64,000 bases of DNA, taken from assembly GCA_963771465.1 (NCBI GenBank), contig CAVYTU010000015.1:512001-576000 (forward strand), in the 5' to 3' direction. Numbering within the stretch: the stretch's first letter is position 1; every line of letters begins with the position of its first letter. The notes beneath the pieces were generated by a model. The model made no database searches, was not told the DNA's origin, and worked only from the letters and a program-made list of their open reading frames with translations. Made by a program: the position numbers and the translations under genes. Below, in pieces: positions 11,646-21,525 of this stretch. This DNA is from an uncultured delta proteobacterium (GTDB lineage: Bacteria > Desulfobacterota > Binatia > UBA9968).

Positions 11646-12069
11646 CGCCGAGATTTAAGGACGATATTGATTCAAATAAACCCGGATTCAGCCGCTGAAA
11701 TCGCCACTCAGAAGCACAGACCCACCGTCTTCTTCACGACGAAAGGAGCGCGCCCCACTCGCCGATTCAATTTCAACTGCGCAGTCCTCCGGGATGAATA
11801 GTAATTGGCCGATTTCCACCGCGGTAACATTCCATGGGGGAGCGCGTACATGCGCTCGGCATCTTTGAGTGAATTAGCCTTTTGCGATACTGACAGCGCC
11901 GCCAGACCATCATGCATGAGTCACCTTTGCGGTTCGGTCGTGAGCGATTCCAACCCGCTTGGAATGTTATGAACCCATAGGGAAATCCCCTACAGGTTCA
12001 AATGTAGAATACTATCGCTCTGAATACCGGACAGCGTGAAATTTCAATGATTTACACCGGCGAACTGAT

Positions 12070-12084
12070 TGGCACTTCACTTGC
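12070..12084 (+). promoter_or_regulatory. Sigma-54 promoter
   Basis: TGGCACTTCACTTGC; palindrome-like ATAGGGAAATCCCCTACA at 11977-11994. Confidence 0.8.
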
Positions 12085-12131
12085 TCTAATCAAATGGATG
12101 TCTGGTTTGAAAAGAGGCATCACCACTACCC

Positions 12132-13772
12132 ATGAGCTACAGTCAATTTGAATCACGGCGGGATTCGCCTTTCACCGGTGTTGTCGGTGCGCGTTCGTTT
12201 TTCAAAAGTTCCCATTACCGCGAGGCGCTGGCGACGCTTTACCATGGTGTTGAGACGCGGAAAAAATTAATCCTTTGCACCGGCGAAGCCGGCACGGGTA
12301 AGTCCACGTTGCTGCAACAATTTGCGCTCGAACAAGGTGCCAACGTTAACTGCGTGCTGATCTCCGATCCGCATCTCGGTTTCACCGAGATAATCCGCTC
12401 GATCCTGGGTCAATTACAGGTCGAATCGGCATCGACGGCGGAACCGGCATTGCTCCGACAATGGCTGAAGGTGATGCGTTTAGAGTGTGAATCAGGCCGG
12501 ATCATTTGCCTGGCTTTCGATGATGCGCATCATTTGCACGACCGAGTGCTCGAAAAGATATTGCACGAGTTTATCGGAGTGAACCCGGTAGACTCGCAGA
12601 AACATTTCGCGCAGGTCATCTTGGCGGGACGGCCAAAACTGAAAGACAGATTATTTCGACCGCCGCTCGGATCGCTCGGTTCGTTGCTGCTGGGTAGCGA
12701 GTGTCGATTGGCGGTACTGAACGACAAAGAAATAGGCGAGTATATTGAACATCAGCTGCGCGCCGCCGATCTACCGGTGGACCTCTTCGGCCACGAGGCG
12801 ATCCAACGCATCGCCGTTTATTCGGGCGGCAACCTGCACCATGTCAATGTCTTATGCGACCGCCTTTTCCAGGCAACCGGCGCTTCGTTAAAACGGCAGA
12901 TTTCAGTTGCCGCGATTGAAACAGCAGCGCAAGATCTCAACCTTTGGCAGCCTCGCTGGACTAGCATGGAAAAGCCGACAAAGGATTTTACCTTACCGAA
13001 GGAACGAGACGAACCTTTTGGTTTCACGCTCGACGACAACGACACGACGGAAGCCGTGGGCCAAACATTCATGAATTATAGCGACGACAGCAGTCCGACC
13101 CAATCACTTTTGTCGCGGAACGGACATGGTCGGCGAATTTCGATATGGGTGATTCTCATCGCGCTTGTGGGAGCGGGCGCATGGTGGCAAGGCAATCAGG
13201 TGGAAGACCGTCGTGATAGCTCTGACAACAATAAAAAGTATGAAGCTGTGCGCTCGGATTATTTGCCATTCTCGGCTCCGACAAATGCCGACCGAAAAAC
13301 CGATTCCGTAGCCCAGGAGTTGGAACCCAACACGCTGCCCCCGGATAGCAAACTTTCTCCTCCTCCACCAGCGGGTGAGGCGGAGGACAAAAACCAAGTA
13401 GCTTCCCTACCGGAGACCGGCAAACAGAGCGAGCCGCCAACCGCCGCCGCGCCACGACAAAACCCGCCGATTGCGAAGCCCGATCCCGCGCCAAAAAAAG
13501 TTACTCCAGCGGTGAAACAGAAAGGGCCCGAGAGTCATCCGCCAGCTCCTATCGAAAACGCCGAAATCCGCAGAAAGCGTCTAGAAATAGAAGTTGCCAA
13601 GGCGATCGAAAACCGGGCCATTGCCGGCGTCGCTGTCGCGGTGATCGACGAAATCATTTTTCTCGACGGGCGAGTCGCCACCGAGAGACAGCGAGCCGCC
13701 GCGGAACTAGCCGCGCGCAGCGTCGCCGGCGTCGAAAAAGTGCGCAATCGCATCGGCGTCAATGTCAGCTAA
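12132..13772 (+). CDS. ExeA/GspA-like AAA ATPase with TM helix, Pro-rich linker and C-terminal BON domain
   Basis: Walker A GEAGTGKS, Walker B FDDAH, ILAGRP, SGG...NVLCD; BON motif LDGRV...VAGVEKVRNRI. Confidence 0.8.
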   Translation: MSYSQFESRRDSPFTGVVGARSFFKSSHYREALATLYHGVETRKKLILCTGEAGTGKSTLLQQFALEQGANVNCVLISDPHLGFTEIIRSILGQLQVESASTAEPALLRQWLKVMRLECESGRIICLAFDDAHHLHDRVLEKILHEFIGVNPVDSQKHFAQVILAGRPKLKDRLFRPPLGSLGSLLLGSECRLAVLNDKEIGEYIEHQLRAADLPVDLFGHEAIQRIAVYSGGNLHHVNVLCDRLFQATGASLKRQISVAAIETAAQDLNLWQPRWTSMEKPTKDFTLPKERDEPFGFTLDDNDTTEAVGQTFMNYSDDSSPTQSLLSRNGHGRRISIWVILIALVGAGAWWQGNQVEDRRDSSDNNKKYEAVRSDYLPFSAPTNADRKTDSVAQELEPNTLPPDSKLSPPPPAGEAEDKNQVASLPETGKQSEPPTAAAPRQNPPIAKPDPAPKKVTPAVKQKGPESHPPAPIENAEIRRKRLEIEVAKAIENRAIAGVAVAVIDEIIFLDGRVATERQRAAAELAARSVAGVEKVRNRIGVNVS

Positions 13773-13775
13773 AAC

Positions 13776-15758
13776 TTAAACCCGGATTCTAGCCGGTGAC
13801 CCGTAGGAGCCGGGTCTTGGCTTCGTCAGATCTGGGAACCATGGACTGACCCCCTGATCGATGAAAAGCCGGTGCCAGATTTCGAACGTTAGCAGTGCCC
13901 ATAAACGATGACCATGGTCGCGTTTGCCGCTCATGTGCTCACCGACGAGCGTTCGAACCACGGGCTCTCGGAAGTAACCGCGTTGCAACGCCTCCGGCGA
14001 CAGAATCGTGTCGCAGAGAAAATCTTTTAAGCCAGCGCGAAACCAGCGTCCCACGGGTACGCCAAAGCCATGCTTTTTGCGCCGGACAATTTCGCGCGGC
14101 AAGATCCCTTCGAAGGCACGCTTTAGAATGTAATTCGTCGTCATGCCTTTAAGCTTGAGTTGTGACGGAATTTTACTGGCGCGCGCGAGCAGTTGATCGT
14201 CGAGAAAAGGACAGCGCGCTTCGAGCGAGTTAGCCATCGTCATGCGATCCATCTTGACCAGTGAATCGCTCGCCATGTTTAACGTTAGCAGTTGAGCGAT
14301 TGGATTGGCGGCTTGGCGCGCATCGAAATAGCCACGAAGGTGACCGGCTGTATCGATCTCAGTGGAGTCGAGCAAAAGCTCGTGTAAAAAGTCGGGCTTG
14401 AAAATGCCGACCCATTCCAGATAGCGCTCGGGCAAAGGCAGCGACGCCCTCTCGACAAATTGGCGCGCGCGGCGCACAAGCCCAAAGTACGACGTGGATT
14501 CCGGCAACGCGTGAACGAGCCGGCTGACCGCGCCGCGCAAAATCGGCGGCGTGCGCCGATGAAACTCCGCCATACGCGCGGCGGCAAATCGCTCATAGCC
14601 CACGAAAAGCTCATCGCCGCCGTCGCCGGTGAGTGCAACCTTGACATGCTCACGCGCGAGTTGCGCGACGTAATAGATCGGCAGCGCCGAAGAGTCGGCG
14701 AAGGGTTGGTCGTAGTGCCAAACGAGCTTCGGCAAAAGTTCAATGACGTCGGGTTTGACTATGAACTCGTGATGATCGGCGCCGAACTGCTGCGCCACCA
14801 GCCGCGCGTATTTCAATTCGTTGAACGAAGGTTCGTCGGCAAAGCCGATGGCAAACGTGCTGACGGAGTGACCGAGCAATCGCGTCATGACTGCGACGAC
14901 TGCCGCCGAATCGATTTCGCCGCTGAGAAAAGCACCCAGCGGCACATCGCTCACCAGACGAGACCTGACCGCATCTTCGAAATGGGCGCGCACTTCGTGG
15001 AAATACTCCGCCTCGGAGTGCACCGGCTCGATGACAGGATCGCGCGGTAGCTCCCAATACCGGCTGACGCTCACACTGCCATCTTCGACAATCGCCGTGT
15101 GGCCCGGCGCCAGCTCGTAAATATCCTCGAAAAAAGTCGCAGGGGACGGCACGTAGCCGTAGGTGAAATAAAGCGGCACGACGGCGCGATTGACCCGCGG
15201 GCGCACGCCAGGATGCGCCAAGATGGCCTTGATCTCAGAGCCAAAAATGAGCTGTTCCTCGTCGAGGAAATAAAAGAGCGGCTTCTCGCCGACTCGATCT
15301 CGCGCCAAAAATAAACGAGCGGATGGCGCCGTAGCCTTGCCTTGATGGCCATTCGCCCTTCGACGATCGCAGATGGCGAACGCGAACATGCCGCGCAACC
15401 GGCGCACACAATCGAAGCCCCATTCTTCGTAAGCGCGTAGAATCACCTCCGCGTCGGATCGGGTGCGAAAATGGCAGCCGCGGCCTTTGAGTGCGTCGCG
15501 CAGCTCCTTGACGTTGTAAATTTCGCCGTTGAAAACGATCCAACAATCTTCCGCTTCGTTGGCGATCGGTTGCTGGCCGCCTTCGATGTCGATGATGCTG
15601 AGCCGAGTCATGCCTAGCACCGCGTCATCGAAAACCACTGCGCCGCGGTCGTCGGGGCCGCGATGCGTCAGCGAGGCGTTCATCGGCTCGAACCAAGCTG
15701 TCGAGGTTTGAATGTCGATTTTGCCGTTGAGTTGAATCCAGCCGCAGATACCAGACAT
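13776..15758 (-). CDS. asnB: Asparagine synthetase B-like amidotransferase with altered catalytic motifs
   Basis: HRGPD, RLSIID, FNGEIYN, LTGDGGDELF, SLEARCPFLD, RKKHGF; starts MSGICG and has LSGEIDS. Confidence 0.85.
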   Translation of the reverse strand: MSGICGWIQLNGKIDIQTSTAWFEPMNASLTHRGPDDRGAVVFDDAVLGMTRLSIIDIEGGQQPIANEAEDCWIVFNGEIYNVKELRDALKGRGCHFRTRSDAEVILRAYEEWGFDCVRRLRGMFAFAICDRRRANGHQGKATAPSARLFLARDRVGEKPLFYFLDEEQLIFGSEIKAILAHPGVRPRVNRAVVPLYFTYGYVPSPATFFEDIYELAPGHTAIVEDGSVSVSRYWELPRDPVIEPVHSEAEYFHEVRAHFEDAVRSRLVSDVPLGAFLSGEIDSAAVVAVMTRLLGHSVSTFAIGFADEPSFNELKYARLVAQQFGADHHEFIVKPDVIELLPKLVWHYDQPFADSSALPIYYVAQLAREHVKVALTGDGGDELFVGYERFAAARMAEFHRRTPPILRGAVSRLVHALPESTSYFGLVRRARQFVERASLPLPERYLEWVGIFKPDFLHELLLDSTEIDTAGHLRGYFDARQAANPIAQLLTLNMASDSLVKMDRMTMANSLEARCPFLDDQLLARASKIPSQLKLKGMTTNYILKRAFEGILPREIVRRKKHGFGVPVGRWFRAGLKDFLCDTILSPEALQRGYFREPVVRTLVGEHMSGKRDHGHRLWALLTFEIWHRLFIDQGVSPWFPDLTKPRPGSYGSPARIRV

Positions 15759-16478
15759 GATTTTCCGATCCTCCGTGGGCTCCGTCAATTACGCCAACCA
15801 GCGGAGAACTGAGATTTTGCCGCAGGCTTTGCAGTAACAGCGACGTAGTCGCGCCACATTCATACGAGCTTGCTATTCTCTTGATATTTCGGATTTGTTT
15901 TTTCTTACTAATTTGTTCCGCGACATTGCCATCACCTACGCGCAGTTCGGCGCGGCATTTCCTCCCCGTGAAGCGAAAAAACTCATCTGAGATCGACGGC
16001 AGAGAATTGGAATTGGTCGAACATTGAGTTGATCAAAAAACTGAAGTGATTTGAGCCCGTGTTGGTGGACTCGGCGAGACTACGCGAAATACCCCCGGTG
16101 GGCTTCATACGCCACCGAGCCAAGGCGCGTTGCCGCCTTTTTGATCGGGCATTGCCGGCAATTCTGAGAATTGCGACAGCGGATCAATGCCAACTTTTAG
16201 AAATCGGCTCGGTATTATGAAAAAGGTCCGATAGGATATAGGCGACTAGAATATTTGCCGCCTTTTCATCATGCACATGCCGGGAGGTTTCTTCAGTCAA
16301 TGCTACGATCAGCTCTCCCAAAGTAGTCTCGCCATTCTCTCGTTCCATGTCCGGCCTCCTGGTAGATTTGCGTGCCTTATTTACGCCGCGTCACTGCCAA
16401 CAAGAACTGTGAAGATGGCTGCGACTCCTGGTATTTTTTGCGATTCATCGAGCTACTTTCTCACTTTCGCGCCATGAC

Positions 16479-16835
16479 TCATGAAATTTGAAATCCAAGT
16501 ATGATAGATTCCAGTTTCATACCTGGTTCAGCGTGAAGCTTGACGATACGACCCGGAGAGTCCACGGCTATGAAGGCGGTGGGACTACCCACGATACAAT
16601 CGCCAGCGGTGCACACACTGGGATAAATCACCACGGCAAACAATCCCTTCGCGGGATTTTGAAGCACGGTCGCGATGTAGCCATCTTGGACCGCGCTTAC
16701 CGCGCCCTCGACAAATTCAAAGTCGCTCAGAAATCTCCAAGGGTTTTCCTCTTGAGCATGCAATGGCGATCGATCTAATAATAGGATGGCAACAACGATA
16801 AGCGCGGAACCAATTTTTATTAAACGAGAGTGCAT
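16479..16835 (-). CDS. Secreted hypothetical protein
   Basis: Signal peptide from MHSRLIK; the promoter position supports this ATG over the longer ORF. Confidence 0.6.
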   Translation of the reverse strand: MHSRLIKIGSALIVVAILLLDRSPLHAQEENPWRFLSDFEFVEGAVSAVQDGYIATVLQNPAKGLFAVVIYPSVCTAGDCIVGSPTAFIAVDSPGRIVKLHAEPGMKLESIILGFQIS

Positions 16836-16966
16836 GACAAAAGCTCCATCCGTTCTCCAAGAGCGAAAAATCCAAAAAATCTGACGTCCTCGGCTTTGTC
16901 TCACATGCTGCGAAACTTGGTCTTCCGCGTTCGTGCTCGCAAAGAATTTTTCGGATTCTATTGAGC

Positions 16967-16981
16967 GCAAAGCTCGTGCCA
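16967..16981 (-). promoter_or_regulatory. Sigma-54 promoter
   Basis: TGGCACGAGCTTTGC; tandem TGGAGGAATT elements at 17055 and 17086. Confidence 0.82.
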
Positions 16982-17209
16982 AATAATCCCTCGTTGCATA
17001 ACTGTTGATTCCAGTGCGAATTTTGGCATTACTCGATGATGCAGCCAAAGCTCTTGGAGGAATTCTCCCTAAAAAAATAGGAAACTGGAGGAATTTTGAA
17101 TTTTGATAATTTTTAACCTGGATTCCGCGGTTGGAGTCGGTTGCTTATTGCGTCTTCACCACGGAAGCCGTGCGTCGCACTCACCAAGCTACTAACGCGA
17201 CCTACCAGA

Positions 17210-17467
17210 TCAGGAAGCCGCCGCGATGGGTTTGAGATTGTTAGACGGCGCTACGATCTCTGCGAAGTCGTGTTCATCAAGCCACAGCTTATCGCCATCG
17301 ATGCCGCCTCCCGGATAGCGTTCGTCAAATTGCACCAGCCATCTTCTTTTTTGTCCCTGGCTTTGCTCGTCTATTACCAATCCGGTTTGATTGGCGCGTA
17401 GGCCATGATTCGGTGAGATCGTCACACGAGCCCAGACACTGACAGTGCTTTTTTCCTTGGTGTTCAT
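17210..17467 (-). CDS. Small hypothetical protein (possible SH3-like beta-barrel)
   Basis: SD GGAGG; beta-rich RVTI...TGLVI...WLVQFD...LWL pattern. Confidence 0.6.
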   Translation of the reverse strand: MNTKEKSTVSVWARVTISPNHGLRANQTGLVIDEQSQGQKRRWLVQFDERYPGGGIDGDKLWLDEHDFAEIVAPSNNLKPIAAAS

Positions 17468-17524
17468 TTCAGGCCTCCTGACATGCCATCAGCGCTACTT
17501 CACAATGACTGAAGACATGAAAAG

Positions 17525-17539
17525 GCAAGCAGCGTGCCA
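17525..17539 (-). promoter_or_regulatory. Sigma-54 promoter
   Basis: TGGCACGCTGCTTGC; UAS-like TGTACGGACATTCCCTTCA at 17609-17627. Confidence 0.85.
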
Positions 17540-17714
17540 TGCTAACCAGGACAACGCTCGTGTATTTTTCAAGGAATTTATGTGGCTGAAGTTATGAAAA
17601 TCCCGTCTTGAAGGGAATGTCCGTACAATCCCGCCGCTCGAGTACCGGGAAGGTCATTGCTGGGGACCCGGGACCTTTGCAGTTTTACCTCCCGCAGTCC
17701 CTCTGAATCCTACC

Positions 17715-18122
17715 TTACTGAAATGGAATGATTTCAGTAAACCCGGCCACTGACACCACTGTCTCGTATTGACCGTCCGTCCGAACCGTCGATGTCGTAC
17801 CTTGTCGATAAGTGAAAGGTATGGCCGCGCCAGCAGGTATCGTTTTTTCTACCGTGTAATACGAAGCCGTTCCCAACTCGTCGCTTCCCGGGTGGAACTC
17901 GTTCTTCCAATGCCAGATGTGTCGGACAAGCAACTCCACGTTTCGAACGTCACGGCGCGAACGATTCACAATCTCGCCGGATACAACGCTATCGCGGAAC
18001 GCCAGGTTGCGAACCTCGATACTTTCAGCGGACTGTTTCACCGATACGAGCGGCTGCGCGGCGCTGGCCGATGCCGACGCTAATACCAACGTCAAGCCGA
18101 TTAGTAGAGTGCGACATTTCAT
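17715..18122 (-). CDS. Secreted beta-sandwich (FxLYD-like) protein
   Basis: Signal peptide; VSGEIVNRS...VRNVEL...IPAG...PF. Confidence 0.6.
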   Translation of the reverse strand: MKCRTLLIGLTLVLASASASAAQPLVSVKQSAESIEVRNLAFRDSVVSGEIVNRSRRDVRNVELLVRHIWHWKNEFHPGSDELGTASYYTVEKTIPAGAAIPFTYRQGTTSTVRTDGQYETVVSVAGFTEIIPFQ

Positions 18123-18249
18123 AAAAGACTCTCTCGCTTCGCTTTCCTGGTTGCCGTGGCGCCGCAGCAGCGCGTTTACTATTACCCCGCTGCGGCGCCA
18201 CCACCCTCATCTAATGCGCCTAATGCGCCATGATAATTGCCCTAATTTA

Positions 18250-18606
18250 TCAATATTCCCCGCGCTCGCGTCTTAAGCGCTCAGTCTCACGACGCTGCCG
18301 ATCGATCTCAGCCTGATTGCGGTTGATCTGTTCCTGTTGCCGGTAGTTTGTATTCTCCTGTCCCTGGAGTTGGTCGCCAACCAACGCGCCCGCGCCGAGT
18401 CCTAGGCCGCCACCGATCGCGGCGCCCGCTCCAGGGTGGCCAACGGCACTGCCGACGATGCCTCCCACCGCGGCTCCGCCAAGGGCACCTATCCCTGCGC
18501 CTTTCTCTCTCGTCGTCAACGACCCACCGGCACAACCGGCACCGATTAGAGTCACGCCAAGAATTGACGCTGTAATGAAGTTTCTACCGATGTTCTTGTT
18601 GTTCAT
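18250..18606 (-). CDS. Glycine-zipper lipoprotein
   Basis: Lipobox GAGC; TTREKGAGIGALGGAAVGG...GAAIGGGLGLGAGALVGDQLQ; coiled-coil tail. Confidence 0.85.
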   Translation of the reverse strand: MNNKNIGRNFITASILGVTLIGAGCAGGSLTTREKGAGIGALGGAAVGGIVGSAVGHPGAGAAIGGGLGLGAGALVGDQLQGQENTNYRQQEQINRNQAEIDRQRRETERLRRERGEY

Positions 18607-18835
18607 AAATCTCCCTTCGTTACTGTAATGTAGTTTTCGCGCTCAACCCTATTCCCGACTTCCTGATTCGGGAAATCTCCTGTTCGCCTATGGAAGAAAT
18701 GCGTTGCAATTTTGCGTTTTCAAATTTCCCCTCCTTCTGACTGACTAACTGAAATAGGTAGTTGGCCAACCTCCAGACCAACTCCTAATTCTAGTCGCCC
18801 CGTAAATATTCCGGAAGCGGCTAACACTAAGTAGC

Positions 18836-18850
18836 GCAAGCTGCATGCCA
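18836..18850 (-). promoter_or_regulatory. Sigma-54 promoter
   Basis: TGGCATGCAGCTTGC; two UAS-like boxes at 18892-18908 and 18910-18928. Confidence 0.85.
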
Positions 18851-19064
18851 ATCGTTAATGGTTGTTTCTAAAGAAGTTTTCGCCAGGCCGATGTTGGGAA
18901 TTTCCTCCGGGAAAGGAATTTCCGTACGTGGGTTAGAAAATTTTCATGGCGCTGCTGCGAAAACTCTCTGAATGATCGATGTCCAGCCTCACTCTGACGG
19001 GAACGCGCGCGATACCGTGATACTAAAAACAATTAATCGCTAGTAATTCCGAAATAGCCAAGGT

Positions 19065-19694
19065 TCATGTTTTCTGTTTTTTCACAGGCGCGTCGAACTG
19101 CTTTTCCTTCATCTTGCTCAAAAGATCTTCGTAGGAAGACTTTGCGATAACGCGGTTGAATTGAGAACGGTAGTTATTAATCACGCTGACGTTCTCAAGC
19201 ACCACGTCGTAAACTTTCCATCCGCCGTCGGCCTGATGAAGTTTGTATTCGACGGCGAACTCCTCACCTTTTTTCGTCATGACTTTGCTGGTGACATCCG
19301 CAAAGGTTTTGTCCTGGGTGTCTTTAACGATGACCACTTTCTCACCGTTATAGGACTCGATCGAGTCCAGATAAGCCCCTTCAACAAGTTCAGTGAACAG
19401 CTCGACAAATTTTTTCTGTTCCTCAGGGCTTCTGCGCTGCCAGTGCGAGCCGAGTGAACGCTTGGCCATCTCGGCGAAGTCGAATTTAGGGTTAATGACG
19501 GCCCTAAGCTTACTGCGGCGATCTTTTTGCTTATCCGGGCCCTTCAAATTAGGATCCTGAATTATTGCCAACACACTCTCGACCGTGGCGCGCATCTCAT
19601 CGCCCGGAACTCCGGCTGTAACAGGCACCGCCACCGCCAGGTAAATGATTCCAAGCACCGGCACCCACCATTTGCGCGTAAGAATTCGCTTCAT
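19065..19694 (-). CDS. MlaC/Ttg2D-family periplasmic lipid-binding protein
   Basis: FDFAEMAKRSLGSHW, WKVYDVVLENVSVINNYRSQF. Confidence 0.9.
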   Translation of the reverse strand: MKRILTRKWWVPVLGIIYLAVAVPVTAGVPGDEMRATVESVLAIIQDPNLKGPDKQKDRRSKLRAVINPKFDFAEMAKRSLGSHWQRRSPEEQKKFVELFTELVEGAYLDSIESYNGEKVVIVKDTQDKTFADVTSKVMTKKGEEFAVEYKLHQADGGWKVYDVVLENVSVINNYRSQFNRVIAKSSYEDLLSKMKEKQFDAPVKKQKT

Positions 19695-19794
19695 TTTTAA
19701 ACCTCTTATCGTTCCGGCCGCATGTCCGACTGTGCGGTTCATGAGAATTCGCCGTTTGCCGAAAAACCAATTCGTTTCCCAACGGGTCGGATGA

Positions 19795-19809
19795 GCAAGC
19801 GAGGTGCCA
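19795..19809 (-). promoter_or_regulatory. Sigma-54 promoter
   Basis: TGGCACCTCGCTTGC. Confidence 0.8.
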
Positions 19810-19956
19810 GGGATAATAAAGCGCTACGTCCCTGAATTTGAAGATATTTCGAAAAAGCCCAGCTCATGCAGGGATCTCGAACAAGAGTTTTTCATACAAA
19901 TAGAAGGAATTTCTCATTCATTGGATTTCGTGATTTTCTCGGTTATTTGCAGCCAT

Positions 19957-20430
19957 TTATTCTTTAACGGATTCATGGAAGCCATTAATTTTTCCGCGCC
20001 ATCCGCCGGTTTCTCCACCGCGCGTTTCAATAAACTCTTTGAAACGCTGCAGATCTTCCTGCACGCGATTTGATGCGATGCCCAATTTATCACCCGTTTC
20101 TTCGAGAAACGTTTCCGGCTCGTAATCAATACGCAAAACGACTCGAGTGACAGAGTCGTTCACCGGATTGAAGGAAACGATCCCGTTGCGCACTGGACCT
20201 CTAGCGCCGTACCAAGCTATTCTTTTATCTGGCACCTGTTCCGATATCTCAGCGTCCCACTCCACCTTAACCCCAGCGATTTTAGCCACCCAATGGAGGC
20301 CTGTTTCGTCGAGCTGTTGGACGCTTTCAATATTTTCCATGAATTTGGGAAATTCTTCGAACTGCGTCCATTGATTGTAGACAGCTCGTACAGGAACATT
20401 GACATCAATATATTTTTTTATCGATTTCAT
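19957..20430 (-). CDS. SRPBCC/polyketide cyclase family protein
   Basis: IDVNVPVRAVYNQWTQFEEFPKFM...DLQRFKEFIETRG.ETGGWRG. Confidence 0.9.
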   Translation of the reverse strand: MKSIKKYIDVNVPVRAVYNQWTQFEEFPKFMENIESVQQLDETGLHWVAKIAGVKVEWDAEISEQVPDKRIAWYGARGPVRNGIVSFNPVNDSVTRVVLRIDYEPETFLEETGDKLGIASNRVQEDLQRFKEFIETRGGETGGWRGKINGFHESVKE

Positions 20431-20473
20431 GCTGGATCTCCGCAACGACAGATCTGCTAATACAGAAAATCGA

Positions 20474-20488
20474 GCAAAGCCGATGCCA
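20474..20488 (-). promoter_or_regulatory. Sigma-54 promoter
   Basis: TGGCATCGGCTTTGC, about 45 bp upstream of the ATG at 20430. Confidence 0.8.
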
Positions 20489-20572
20489 GCCAGCAGCAAC
20501 GAAATGAACACGCTGATCGCCAGACAAGTTGTATATCTTGGCGCAGGAATGAAAGTTCAGAGATTGGGGCTT

Positions 20573-20878
20573 TTACCGAATCAACGTACTAAGGCCTTCG
20601 CGAGTGAGTACGTCGCTCAGGGTCAGACTCATCATGATCAGCAGCCAGAATAATCCGGCGCCGGCGAAGACCCATGTCAGGCGACTGCTGTAGCGAACGT
20701 GCATAAAAAATAGCAGCACCAACAAGGTCTTTACGAGCGCGATGGTTAGCGCGACGATGCTGTTCAGTTCTCCGCCGAGATCAACAAACGCGGCACCAGC
20801 TGTCGCCATGGTCAGCAGCAGTAAAGCGCCGAAGATCGTTGCGTAGAGTTTGATTGAAACAACGTGCGGCGAATTCAT
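20573..20878 (-). CDS. Cytochrome c oxidase subunit IV
   Basis: Three TM helices; IALVKTLLVLLFFMHVRYS. Confidence 0.88.
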   Translation of the reverse strand: MNSPHVVSIKLYATIFGALLLLTMATAGAAFVDLGGELNSIVALTIALVKTLLVLLFFMHVRYSSRLTWVFAGAGLFWLLIMMSLTLSDVLTREGLSTLIR

Positions 20879-21525
20879 CCCGCGTGCCTTCCCACTAGAT
20901 AAAGCAACGGAAACAGGAAAATCCAAATAATGTCGACAAAATGCCAGTACAAGCCGATCATCTCTACTGGCGTGTAATAGCTCCTGGAAAAGCGGCCGCG
21001 CGCTGACTTGACGATGAGGGTCGCGAGCAGGCCCAGTCCGATGATCATGTGCAACGCGTGCATGCCGGTCATGGCAAAATAAAGCGAAAAAAAGAGTTCC
21101 GCAGCGGCCGCGTGCGGTCCCGCAAAAGCAAATGCGCGGCCTGGCACCAGGTGTTCGGCGAATTTGACGTGATACTCGGTAAACTTTATGCCGAGAAAAG
21201 CCGAACCAAGAACAACCGTCAGAGCCAGAAAGATAATCACGATCTTGCCCTGCCCGAGCTGCGCAGCGCGCACTGCAAGAGCCATGGTGAAACTACTGCA
21301 AATCAACACCGCCGTGTTGATGGTGCCGAGCCACACGTCGAGATGATTGCTCGCGCTGGCAAACGCTTGCGGATTGACGCTGCGATAGATCGTGTATCCC
21401 AAGAACATGCCGCCAAAGAACATCACTTCGGTGGCCAAAAATATCCACATGCCGAGCCATGACGCTTCGTGTTGCTGGACGAGATCGTCGAACTGATGGG
21501 CATGAGCCGAAGCGGTTTCAGACAT
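20875..21525 (-). CDS. ctaE: Cytochrome c oxidase subunit III
   Basis: [37 protein letters not shown]. Confidence 0.92.
   Translation of the reverse strand: MSETASAHAHQFDDLVQQHEASWLGMWIFLATEVMFFGGMFLGYTIYRSVNPQAFASASNHLDVWLGTINTAVLICSSFTMALAVRAAQLGQGKIVIIFLALTVVLGSAFLGIKFTEYHVKFAEHLVPGRAFAFAGPHAAAAELFFSLYFAMTGMHALHMIIGLGLLATLIVKSARGRFSRSYYTPVEMIGLYWHFVDIIWIFLFPLLYLVGRHAG

Noticed and set aside
16179-16192. TGGCATTGATCCGC upstream of asnB, and CGGCACCCTCTTGC near 61555
   Set aside because: The spacing is GG-N9-GC, whereas sigma-54 requires N10. An indel error is possible but cannot be supported.
18211-18229. CTAATGCGC tandem repeat
   Set aside because: Only two 9-bp copies in an intergenic gap, with no array or evident function.
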